Under the pieces are notes generated by a model. The model did no database searches, was not told the DNA's origin, and was given only the letters and a program-made list of their open reading frames with translations. Below are positions 53,281-64,000 of a DNA stretch of 64,000 nt, piece by piece; the first letter of the stretch is position 1, and every line of letters begins with the position of its first letter. Position numbers and translations under genes: made by a program. This DNA comes from Octopus sinensis (taxonomy: Eukaryota), in NCBI RefSeq assembly GCF_006345805.1, contig NC_043014.1:44268001-44332000 (forward strand), in the 5' to 3' direction.

Positions 53281-53716
53281 TATGCATCTTTCTGTGTATG
53301 TAGATAGTCAGTGTTGGTCTTGTTTATATATCTATATGTACAAAAGAAACGATAGCACACCATAGACAACCATTTACCCTTCTAATTTCGGATCTCATAT
53401 TGCTTCCTCTGTTTACATCCCGTGTGACGTCATAGCACCGCAAAATCTTTAGTTAGGTCAACTTTAGTTAGATCAATATTTAGGTAGATAGGGATTACAA
53501 AAGTTGCATCTCTTCTTTTTGTGGCGAGTTGGTTGGTTTCTTTGTTTTTATCTTCTCAAACCTGATTGCGACATTCGATCAGGGAAAGTTATGAATTCTT
53601 GTCTTTTTTTTATTTATTAATTTCAAAGCTTTTGTTGAATATTAAGAATTTCAAATTAATTCATTTCTTTATACCACAGATAGTGAAATGTTACTGTCGC
53701 CTTTTTTTAAAGTATA

Positions 53717-54010
53717 TCTCTACATATATAAACGGCAAAATGTCTGTCTGTGTGTCCGTCCTTTATACAAATCCAGAATTTTTCAGTTAGAGAGCTCGCA
53801 CTTTCTATGGTCATTCAAAACCGTCCAAGGGTGGACATGCACATCTTTACATTTCCCCAGTCGCCCCACAAAGCCATTAAAAAATCAATAGAAGTGACTT
53901 TTTTGTGAATTTTCTATCCAAAACCCAATCAAAATGCCCGAAACTTGATACGCCAATTGAATGCCAGCTAGCTGTATGTGATTGGTCGGAGATTTGGACA
54001 GTACTTGCGT
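53717..54010 (+). mobile_element. Non-autonomous Helitron-like element, 5' portion
   Basis: Starts TCTCTACATATATAAACGGCAAAATGTCTGTCTGTGTGTCC, typical of the 5' ends of animal non-autonomous Helitrons; no clear 3' hairpin-CTAG found. Confidence 0.5.
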
Positions 54011-54669
54011 GTAATTTTGTACGTATATATGCGAGTGTGTTTGGTTTTACTTTACTTTGTTTGGGTTTTTTTATTGGCAGGAGGTGCGGAGATTTTTTTT
54101 CTTTTTTTTTTCTTTTCTTTTTTCTTGAAGCTTACTTTAGTATTAACATTCCTGCAACAACGTGTCTTATCGCCACAGAAATATAGTATCAGAGAATAGA
54201 ACTTTAGAAACATCTTACACATTTATACTTTTCCGTTTACAAAGTGAATTTTCAGAATTCACATTGAGATTTCTTTTTCTTTTCCCTGTCGAAGAATCTC
54301 AATTATCAATATAAGTGTGTGTATAAAAGTGTGTGTGGATGAGATCAGAAAATAAATATTTGGTCGCGTTTATCTGTGTCTGTATGCATAAACGCTTGTG
54401 AATTTATACCAGTGAAAGACTGTTACAAAGACGCTATTTTTCCAAAAGGCTGAAAATGCAAATCTGCTTTCTAATTCCAACTATATCAATTTTCGTTCAT
54501 TTATCGTTTCTAATAAATCTGGAAAGACGTGAACATAACAGTCCTTATTTCTATATCTCTTAGAAATCTTTCAGTTTGTGTCTACCCAGTAAAGAAAACA
54601 AAAAATGGCTAGATTCGACACTCTGGTATAAACGTAGAAGGAAACATCCAGAAACGAATATCTCTTTTT

Positions 54670-55086
54670 CTCTTTTTTACTCTTTTACTTGTTTCAGTCA
54701 TTTGACTGCGGCCATGCTGGAGCACCGCCTTTAATCGAGCAACTCGACCCCGGGACTTATTCTTTTTGTAAGCCCAGTACTTATTCTATCGGTCCCTTTT
54801 TGCCGAACCGCTAAGTAACGGGACATAAACACACCAGCATCGGTTGTCAAGCAATGCTAGGGGGACAAACACAGACACACAAACATACATGCACACACAT
54901 ATATATATATATACATATATACGACGGGCTTCTTTCAGTTTCCGTCTACCAAATCCACTCACAAGGCTTTGGTCGGCCCGAGGCTATAGTAGAAGACACT
55001 TGCCCAAGGTGCCACGCAGTGGGACTGAACCCAGAACCATGTGGTTGGTAAACAAGCTACTTACCATACAAAAACTCCTGCGCCTA
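54670..55086 (-). mobile_element. SINE family A, full length
   Basis: Reverse match. Confidence 0.9.
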
Positions 55087-56229
55087 TGAATATATTCGTA
55101 AAATTAACACATTTCGACCTCTGTGGTCATTAATGTACGGCTTTTTGACAATTTTTTTCGCTTCTGTGTTTCCGTGTTACATCAGTAAACAAGAAAAGTA
55201 ACTCCGAACGTTTCACTTTTATTTGGAGGTCAAGCGAAACAAAATAGTCTCGCTAGATGTCTTATTTATTCCTTTAAACAATTCTATTTTTCTTTGCTAA
55301 CCAGTTGTTGCTGGTGTTGTTTAGACTCTGGGTCATCACCAGTGGCAGCCTGGTAGAGTCCTTACAGCATCGGATAGAATGTCTTGCGGTATTTGATCCG
55401 GCTCCCTGTGCCCTGAGATCAAATTCTACCCGAGGTCAAATTTGTCTCTTATCCTTTCGAAGTTGAGAGGAATTGTTTTAAAAAGGGGACTGGTGGGATA
55501 CGTTGCGGTATCTGATCCGGCTGTGGGCGTTCTAAGTTCAAGCCCTGCCACATGTCACCAGAAAAACGGGTCTTTGGGTACGCGTAAGATAAAAAAAAAA
55601 ATTGATAAGGATTAAGAACCCTTAAACAAGTGCCCAAGTATTTTCACCGTACCGTTCTCAAATGACTGCACAACAGCCCTGTGTCATCATAAGACATAAA
55701 CACACTGGGAAGTTACCCGGGTTCTTCACGGATCTAAAGATACGCTTCTGATCTATGTATGTTGTGGCTTGATGTCAATACATTCTTTAGAACCTACTGC
55801 ATTGATTTGTCCGGGAGCCAATAATGCTGTTAAAACAGCTCTACGAAGCTACCTTAAGTGAATATAAAGGAGCTTTCGAGTCTTGTCTAATACTTTCCTT
55901 TCTTTCATTATATAAATCAATTCCGATAGACCTATGATCAAAGGCTTTCCAGCCGTGATCATACTGCCTGTTATTTAGTTATCTAGAACTACGTTATCTT
56001 GCCTGCCTTTACTTTTTAGGGTCATGGAATGTGATAGGGGGATTTTTATTTCATAAGGGTCGAACAACCAAATAATGGCTTCTTCGTTGATATGTGTACA
56101 GTACTATACACTAAAATAGCTGATGAGGTCATAAATAATAATATCGAATCATGTCTGGAGTTGTCTCCTACACATACTAAAATAATCGACAAAAATATTG
56201 GTCACTGACTAATACGTGTACGCGCGTGT

Positions 56230-56260
<31 letters not shown>

Positions 56261-56706
56261 CATGTGTGTGTGTGCGTGCGTACATGCATGCATGTCTGTG
56301 TATGTGTGTGTGCGTGCGTGCGTGCGTGCTTGTGTGTGTGTGCGTGAGCGCGTTGGTTATTTGGTTGATTGTGTAAAATATAACCAATGAATCGTTGAGC
56401 TGGTAATATTTATTGCTAAGTAAGCCTTTCGTTCTAAATAAAGCACAGGACATTGATGACTCTTCTCGAATCAAGGCTGTCAGAAAGGAATCCGGGCTTG
56501 TCGCTTTCTTTCGGATTTTGTTACACCATGTAAGGCCATCCTGTCTCGGGTCTTGCTGGTTTTCAATTGTCAATGTGTAACTTTGCTTTCGTTTCCTGGG
56601 TAAGCTTGTTCGTGCTATGCAAACCCATTTTTATCTCTAGGAAAAGGTGGTCCGTATTAGTCTTGCCTCGATCGTTTGACCTGTTCAGAGTATATAAGGC
56701 CGTACA

Positions 56707-57751
56707 AGGGCATAGCTCTGCTGGCATAGCTCTCCGTGTCATTGTGGCACACAAGCCATCACACCGCAATAAGGGCTGGACCTTGTGGTGATGGTGAAGT
56801 GGTGGTAGTCAGCAGTAAAACTATTAAGTATACGACAGCCGGTAAAGCTAATTAATTCCAATGTCCGGTTGCTTTTCTTGTTTAGTCTGAAGTCATCAAA
56901 GTTCAAAGCCGCTTTATCAGTTACCATCCTGTATTTTGAACTAAATTGTCCAACATGTCCTTTTTCTAAGACGTTAGGGTTCGTATTTAGGAATATTCCG
57001 TTGTTGTATAAATCAAGACGTAAGACTACGGAGAGACTCACTCGCTGGTTTATCAAGTGTTACTTTTCATGCAATAGTGAAGGTCCTATTATGTAAGAGT
57101 GTTCGTATTTATGTCTGTGACAGTATGTATAAGACATGTTTTTTACTAGGGCATAGCTCTGCTGGCATAGCTCTCTGTGTCATTGTGGCACACAAGCCAT
57201 CACACCGCAATAAGGACTGGACCTTGTGGTGATGGTGAAGTGGTGGTAGTCAGCAGTAAAACTATTAAGTATACGACAGCGGTAAAGCTAATTAATTCCA
57301 ATGTCCGGTTGCTTTTCTTGTTTAGTCTGAAGTCATCAAAGTTCAAAGCCGCTTTATCAGTTACCATCCTGTATTTTGAACTAAATTGTCCAACATGTCC
57401 TTTTTCTAAGACGTTAGGGTTCGTATTTAGGAATATTCCGTTGTTGTATAAATCAAGACGTAAGACTACGGAGAGACTCACTCGCTGGTTTATCAAGTGT
57501 TACTTTTCATGCAATAGTGAAGGTCCTATTATGTAAGAGTGTTCGTATTTATGTCTGTGACAGTATGTATAAGACATGTTTTTTACTAGGGCATAGCTCT
57601 GCTGGCATAGCTCTCTGTGTCATTGTGGCACACAAGCCATCACACCGCAATAAGGACTGGACCTTGTGGTGATGGTGAAGTGGTGGTAGTCAGCAGTAAA
57701 ACTATTAAGTATACGACAGCCGGTAAAGCTAATTAATTCCAATGTCCGGTT
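56707..57751. repeat. Tandem repeat, ~440-bp unit, ~2.4 copies, about 99% identical
   Basis: CATAGCTCTGCTGG starts at 56711, 57152 and 57592. Confidence 0.95.
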
Positions 57752-58539
57752 CGTGTGTCTATGTGTATGTACGTGCCTTTGCACGCTTGCACCATTGACA
57801 ATTACAATTTGATTCTACGACAAAGGTTTGATGAATTGGCGGAACGAGGCGGGGGAGTAAAACACAAAACGATACCGAAACGAAAAACAAAACAGTAATG
57901 TCAATAAATACAATCACAGAATGTCCACCTATCTTTCTAATTAAAGTAACAAAGAAAGGGACAAAATAACGATAATCTTTTATTCATACGAACGTAACTG
58001 ATATGAAATATGTCATAAATAACAGGGACATTTCATATGACACCGCCAGAAAATGTTTACGGCAGAAATCGTTTTCACCTCAATAGACGTCATTGATTGG
58101 TTGAAATTGCCGAAATACAAGAAATAAACAACAAATATCTTAAAAACTACAGAATTTTCTCAAGAAAGCCAAGAGAAAAAGATGTCTTATAAACACATTC
58201 TACCAGTATACGAAGATTAAAAGTGTTTAGTTACAAATAAATTATTTCTATGTATTGCGGATGGAGACCGTGGCTTAATCACCAACCTGAGCTGTAACAT
58301 GTTCAACTGTGTGCTCTAGGTACTGTAATTCTAAATACTTTAATTCACTCAATTCACCTAGATACTGGGGTCGGGGTCCTGAGGGAGGTATCAAACATGT
58401 AATGGCAACGTTACTACAAAACCCCCGTCTGAACGTTACTGAATTGAAGTCAACGCCTAGTTCTAAAGCTAGCTCAAAACTTGGAGATAGAACTGCGGCT
58501 GAAGATTTAGTCTTGGATTTTTAATTTTTCTGAACAATA

Positions 58540-58961
58540 GGCGCAGGAGTGGCTGTGTAGTAAGTAGCTTGCTAACCAACCACATGGTTCCGGGTTCAGT
58601 CCCACTGCGTGGCATCTTGGGCAAGTGTCTTCTGCTATAGCTCCGAGCCGACCAAAGCCTTGTGAGTGGATTTGGTAGACGGAAACTGAAAGAAGCCCGT
58701 CGTATATATGTATATATATATATATATATATAATATATATATATATATGCATGTGTGTGTTTGTGTGTCTGTATTTGTCCCCCTAGCATTGCTTGACAAC
58801 CGATGCTGGTGTGTTTACGTCCCAGTCACTTAGCGGTTCGGCAAAAAGGGACCGATAGAATAAGTACTGGGCTTACAAAGAATAAGTCCCGGGGTCGATT
58901 TGCTCGGCTAAAGGCGGTGCTCCAGCATGGCCGCAGTCAAATGACTGAAACAAGTAAAAGA
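58540..58961 (+). mobile_element. SINE family A, full length
   Basis: Forward match. Confidence 0.9.
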
Positions 58962-59398
58962 AAAAAAATTGTTTGTGTGTGTGTGTGTGCATACACACTC
59001 ACAAATATATCGTACAAACAACACGCGCACGCATATTACTGTTTATTTGTAGGAAACTATTTGACATTAAACTGAAGAATTAGCGAATACATTTTAGTAG
59101 CGTACATATTTATTTAATCTTTTACAAGAAGAATGGTGACAGTGACTTCTAAGTTTCGGCTTGGTAGCAACAAGAACAACAAATACAAAGTTTTTCATCC
59201 TTGTTATAGAATAGATACAAGCATTAAGAATGTGGAAGTCTAATCAGCAATTAGTGGTTTTCACTTGAAGATCACAAATCATTTTAAAAAAGCATGTTTT
59301 TAATGAAATTTCACTCAGTAATCGCTAGACGTTTGGGTTCAAATCTTAAAAACAGATAAATAATAAAGTGAAAACGCGCAAGCAAGGTTTTAGCCACG

Positions 59399-59700
59399 AC
59401 CAATCAATCAATTTTTATTGGCTCAAAAAGCAAAAGCAAGGCCATAAAGGGGACAGGGTGTTATGTACAGGGAGGATGGTCATACAAAGAGTTCAGGCCA
59501 TTTCCGGTCAAGAAAGACTTTGAACCGAGCGGTCGTCGGCATCTTCACTATCTCGTCCGGCAGTTTATTCCACGGAATCCGCAACCCGGACGGAGAAAGC
59601 CCCTCTCCTTCGATTAAGATGAAACCGTCGTAGATAGAGCTTTTCGGAGTAACCCCGCAGCCCACGCTCTGAAAGCAGGAGTGAAGAATAGCTCTTTCGA
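59399..59700 (-). mobile_element. CR1-type LINE 3' end (ORF2 C-terminus plus 3' UTR)
   Basis: With one frameshift it reads LRGYSEKLYLRRFHLNRRRGAFSVRVAD-WNKLPDEIVKMPTTARFKVFLDRKWPELFV*, the CR1 RGH..KL..FS.RV...WN.LP..V......FK..LD motif, with an (ATTG)n tail. Confidence 0.85.
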
Positions 59701-60126
59701 GAGGTTACACTTTCCGCTTATGATGTTGTGAGCGAGAATGAGATCAAGGTGAACAAGTAACTAGCCCCGGTCAAGCTATAGGGAACAAAAAAGGAATAGT
59801 TCGTTTTCAGAAAGAAGAAAACAGCTGACTAGAAACAAGCTAAACGAAAATTCAAGGAAACCCTAAAAAAAAATATCTTCTGGATTTCTTTCTGATCTTT
59901 TTCTGAGATCGTGAGGGATTTTTTTTTTCTTACTAACAATGGAGCATAGTTTTTAAGCGGCGTATAGATTTTAAAAACAACCCTTGTAGATATTACTAAC
60001 ACTACGGGCGGTTTTGAATTCAAAAGCGCAAGAGATGAATCTGATTGTAGCGAATGTATTTAATTCGAGTGTGGCTTAGATCTAGTCTCAACTGTCTTTG
60101 TGTGTGTGCGTGTGTGTGTGTGCGTG

Positions 60127-60189
<63 letters not shown>

Positions 60190-60224
60190 TACATGCAAAC
60201 ACACATATACACAGGCAGACTGAC

Positions 60225-60300
60225 AGATAGACAGACAGATAGACAGACAGTTAGACAGACAGACAGACAGACAGACAGATTGACAGACAGACAGACAGAC

Positions 60301-60336
<36 letters not shown>

Positions 60337-60373
60337 GGATGGATGGATGGATGGATGGATGGATGGATGGATG

Positions 60374-60409
<36 letters not shown>

Positions 60410-60410
60410 T

Positions 60411-60443
<33 letters not shown>

Positions 60444-60448
60444 CAGAC

Positions 60449-60491
<43 letters not shown>

Positions 60492-60496
60492 CAGGC

Positions 60497-60559
<63 letters not shown>

Positions 60560-60564
60560 CAGGC

Positions 60565-60632
<68 letters not shown>
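60225..60632. repeat. (AGAT/AGAC/GGAT)n array, representative of many similar arrays (~15030-15550, 25660-25808, 31712-31888, 33545-33683, 36108-36330, 40525-40745)
   Basis: Visible. Confidence 0.95.
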
Positions 60633-60634
<2 letters not shown>

Positions 60635-60901
60635 CCTTTTCACTAGATACACAACGAATTTTACTGTGAAGAAAAACATTGAAGTATTTCGATTAAACTT
60701 ACTAGCAATTTGCTTCACTGACAAATGTCCGTCAGGGTTAATCTAAAAGTAAAGAGGCGAGTGTTGCAATGCATCTGCTGTTTAAGGGAAATGACATTGG
60801 TACTATGATACTGAGCATCATCAGAACCGACAAAAAAACTTCAGAAAGAAAATAAGAGAAGAAAAGTATATATATATATATATATATTCTATATATATAT
60901 A

Positions 60902-60948
<47 letters not shown>

Positions 60949-61238
60949 TATATAGATATATTCCTTTTACCTTTTACACACACACACACACATTATTAGT
61001 TAAATATATATATTTAACTAATAAAAGTTAAGCAGAAAACAAGTTTTGATATTCAATGCTCTATAGGCCATACACGCGTTTCGCCAACTTGCCGTAATAA
61101 TTACATATCAGTTGTAGACACAATATGCAATCATGCACACAGCTCATCAGTGTCCCGCAGACTATTTTGATGTTGATTCCCGCGTCGCACTACACTAGAT
61201 ACTAGAGTGAAGTGTGGAACCCACTATTGAGCCCAATC

Positions 61239-61277
<39 letters not shown>

Positions 61278-62465
61278 ACGATTAGATGCACAAGACACTT
61301 TACCGATTGTCTTTTGCTCCACGATTTCCCTATAAGTTTCACCTACTGGTTACAGTGTTTGTTTGACATTACGTGTTACCAAACGTTGAGCCGAATACTA
61401 AAAGATATGTAACATTTGGAATAAAGGATTACCAAGTTATATATATATATATAAGAGGAAGAAAAGTTATGAGAAAAGGAAGAAAGTGGAGAAATTGATT
61501 TACAGACATCAGTTTAATGAAAGATATTCAAATCTATATAATGAATTTCCTGTCCTACGGCCGTTTCCATATCCAATTAGTTTAATTACAGAAATTAAAT
61601 TGATTTAATCCAATTAAAATTCTCGTATTGAACTGGTTAATTGGGTATTTCATCAGGGAAGAATTTTCCAAAAGGTAGTTACATTTCATCGTGTTGCTTG
61701 ACCTACGACAGACTCAGATGTGTGCGTTTTAGTTTTCACTGAACACAAGTATAAACTAGAGGACTAGGATGCTAGCATCCCTTAAGGGATTGTAGGTCCT
61801 TGATACAATTATCTATGCGTATGTATGTATATCTATATATATATTATTTGAGGGAATAAAATCCAAACTTACAAGGAAAAAAAATTCAATTTAGAAATAC
61901 TAAATCAAATTTCACACAATATAATATATATACAATAAAAATAGAAAAAGCCACCTTTTATCAATTCAAAATAAACAATTAAATTACACCATCTAGAAAA
62001 TTATATATAATAGAAATATTAAGATTAAAATAACAATAAAATGTCAATGATTAAGTAAATTGCAAAAAACTAATAAAAACGTATTATATATATATATATA
62101 TATCGTTTTAATGTTTTATTGTGTTATGTTAACTTGTAAATATATCTTGTGCATTAAATGGACAAGTATATACATGTAATCCATTTATAAACCATATCTG
62201 CTCATCACTTGCTGCTTAAATAATTAATGAGCTGTAGGAAACAGGTCCTACATTTCACACCTGGCTTAGTCCTACGTTGAGCTTCGCACAGGCGGCCTTT
62301 GTGGTTGTATTACTGATTAGAACAGAGCACAGCTGCAAGCAAACCAGCTAATTAACAAAAAATAAACGCCTCACCTGGAAAATATTTCTATGTGAAGCAA
62401 TATAAATTATAGATAAAAGATGATGATGATGATGATGGGGAGGAGGTTGACGAGGAAGAGGATCA

Positions 62466-62504
<39 letters not shown>

Positions 62505-62722
62505 GCGATAATGGTGGTGATTTCGCATTATACTTGTGTATGGGAGATGAGAACTCCCCTGAGCATAAATGCTGCTGTTCTTGTAATCTGGCAGTTCACT
62601 TGCTCGAAACCACCTGTATTTAGGTTTATTCCTGCTGAGCGTTACATGGGACAAAGAATTTAAGGGAAGGAAACTGTTCAGAATCTTGTGTGTGTGTGAG
62701 ATCTTTTCGACTTTAATAAGTA

Positions 62723-62773
<51 letters not shown>

Positions 62774-62814
62774 GGTGGGGTACAAAACAACAGACGCTCA
62801 GGAATAGAAAAAGT

Positions 62815-62850
62815 CTTTTACGTTTCGAGCCTACGCTCTTCTACAGAAAG
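62815..62850 (-). ncRNA. Variant minimal hammerhead (core CUGUAGA) in an element related to the 12829 copy (~62770-62912)
   Basis: Minus strand: CTTT-CTGTAGA-A-GAGC-GTAG-GCTC-GAAA-CGTA-AAAG. Shares AGAGC..GCTCGAAACG and downstream TTCCTGAGCGTC with the 12829 element. Confidence 0.5.
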
Positions 62851-62919
62851 GGACACAGAAAAAACAAGGAGAGAAAAAAATGTGTGTAGTGGCTAACGAT
62901 CTATCATGGCGTCATATAC

Positions 62920-63009
62920 ACCACACACACACACACACACACACATACGCACACACACATATATATATATACATACATATACATATATTATATACATATA
63001 TATACATAC

Positions 63010-63066
<57 letters not shown>

Positions 63067-63073
63067 TATATAC

Positions 63074-63104
<31 letters not shown>

Positions 63105-63139
63105 CATATATATAATATACATACATATATATAGATATA

Positions 63140-63200
<61 letters not shown>

Positions 63201-63266
63201 TATATATATTATATATACATACTATATATACATATATATATATAATATATATACATATAAATATAC

Positions 63267-63300
<34 letters not shown>
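62920..63300. repeat. (TA/CA)n and (AAT)n arrays, representative of many TA/TACA tracts (~13000-13450, 20490-21060, 26980-27400, 34935-35270, 44460-44940, 51480-51695)
   Basis: Visible. Confidence 0.95.
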
Positions 63301-63308
<8 letters not shown>

Positions 63309-63622
63309 TAATAACCATGGATGCAATTCATGCATATTTTAATGCATCGCTACGCACGTTTCCACAAATCTTACGATCATAGACCGTATTCCTGGGATGA
63401 TTACGGTACAGTCCGTAGCATCCATGGACAATGTGTGGATCATATTCGTGCGTGTATTTGCTCAGGTGATATGGCATTAACGTTGGAAGTAGCGCATGTA
63501 TAAACTGAGAGCCGTTTATCAATTTTGACCAATAAAAAGGTTGATTGGAGTATGTGGGCAGTTTTGCGTGTATTTGGTGGAGAGGAGTACCATGATGGAG
63601 TACAGCGATGGAAAGAGAGAGG

Positions 63623-63657
<35 letters not shown>

Positions 63658-63689
63658 TTGTTTTTTGTTGTTTTCCAGTTTCAGCTCTT

Positions 63690-63870
63690 GACTGTGGCCA
63701 TGCTGGGGCACCGCCATTGTGGTGAAAGAGTACAGCAGGATCACCACCCCCTGCCGGAGCCTCGTAGAGCTTTAGGTGTTTTCGCTCAATAAACACACAC
63801 AACTCCCTGAGAATCGAAACCGCGATCCTGCGACCGCGATTCCGCTGCCCTAACCACTAGGCCATTGCGC

Positions 63871-63873
<3 letters not shown>
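63690..63873 (-). mobile_element. SINE: family C head with family A-type tail
   Basis: Reverse of GAGGCGCAATGGCCTAGTGGTTAGGGCAGCGG..GGCGGTGCCCCAGCATGGCCACAGTC. Confidence 0.85.
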
Positions 63874-63942
<69 letters not shown>

Positions 63943-64000
63943 TATATATATATATATATATATGATATATATTATATATATATATCATATATATATTATA

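Overview
This is eukaryotic, very microsatellite- and SINE-rich DNA whose repeat families look like a coleoid cephalopod (Octopus-type) genome; the organism is inferred, not proven. Almost all listed ORFs are translations of microsatellites or SINEs. The only host coding sequence I can support is a 51-nt first coding exon (23578-23628, +, MALRLGPKGMDRAIQSK|GTAAGC) resembling the N-terminus of molluscan calponin/transgelin/myophilin proteins. I found no next exon, so the remaining ~40 kb is probably one intron. The rest is four modular tRNA-derived SINE families, TIR elements and MITEs (mariner-like, Tigger/pogo-like, hAT/Charlie remnant, a long-TIR element with internal TTAGGG repeats), a Helitron-like 5' end, a CR1-type LINE 3' fragment and a recent 440-bp tandem repeat. 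The main discovery candidate is a set of short non-coding elements from several unrelated sequence families that carry minimal type I hammerhead ribozymes (8836-8881, 2471-2533, 14713-14789 plus its antisense twin, 12829-12863, 62815-62850). Three of them share a fold-back layout: inverted copy of the 3' part, then hammerhead and 3' part. These resemble non-autonomous Penelope-like or retrozyme-like elements. Everything was read by eye; repeat boundaries are approximate (about +/-10-20 nt) unless stated base by base.
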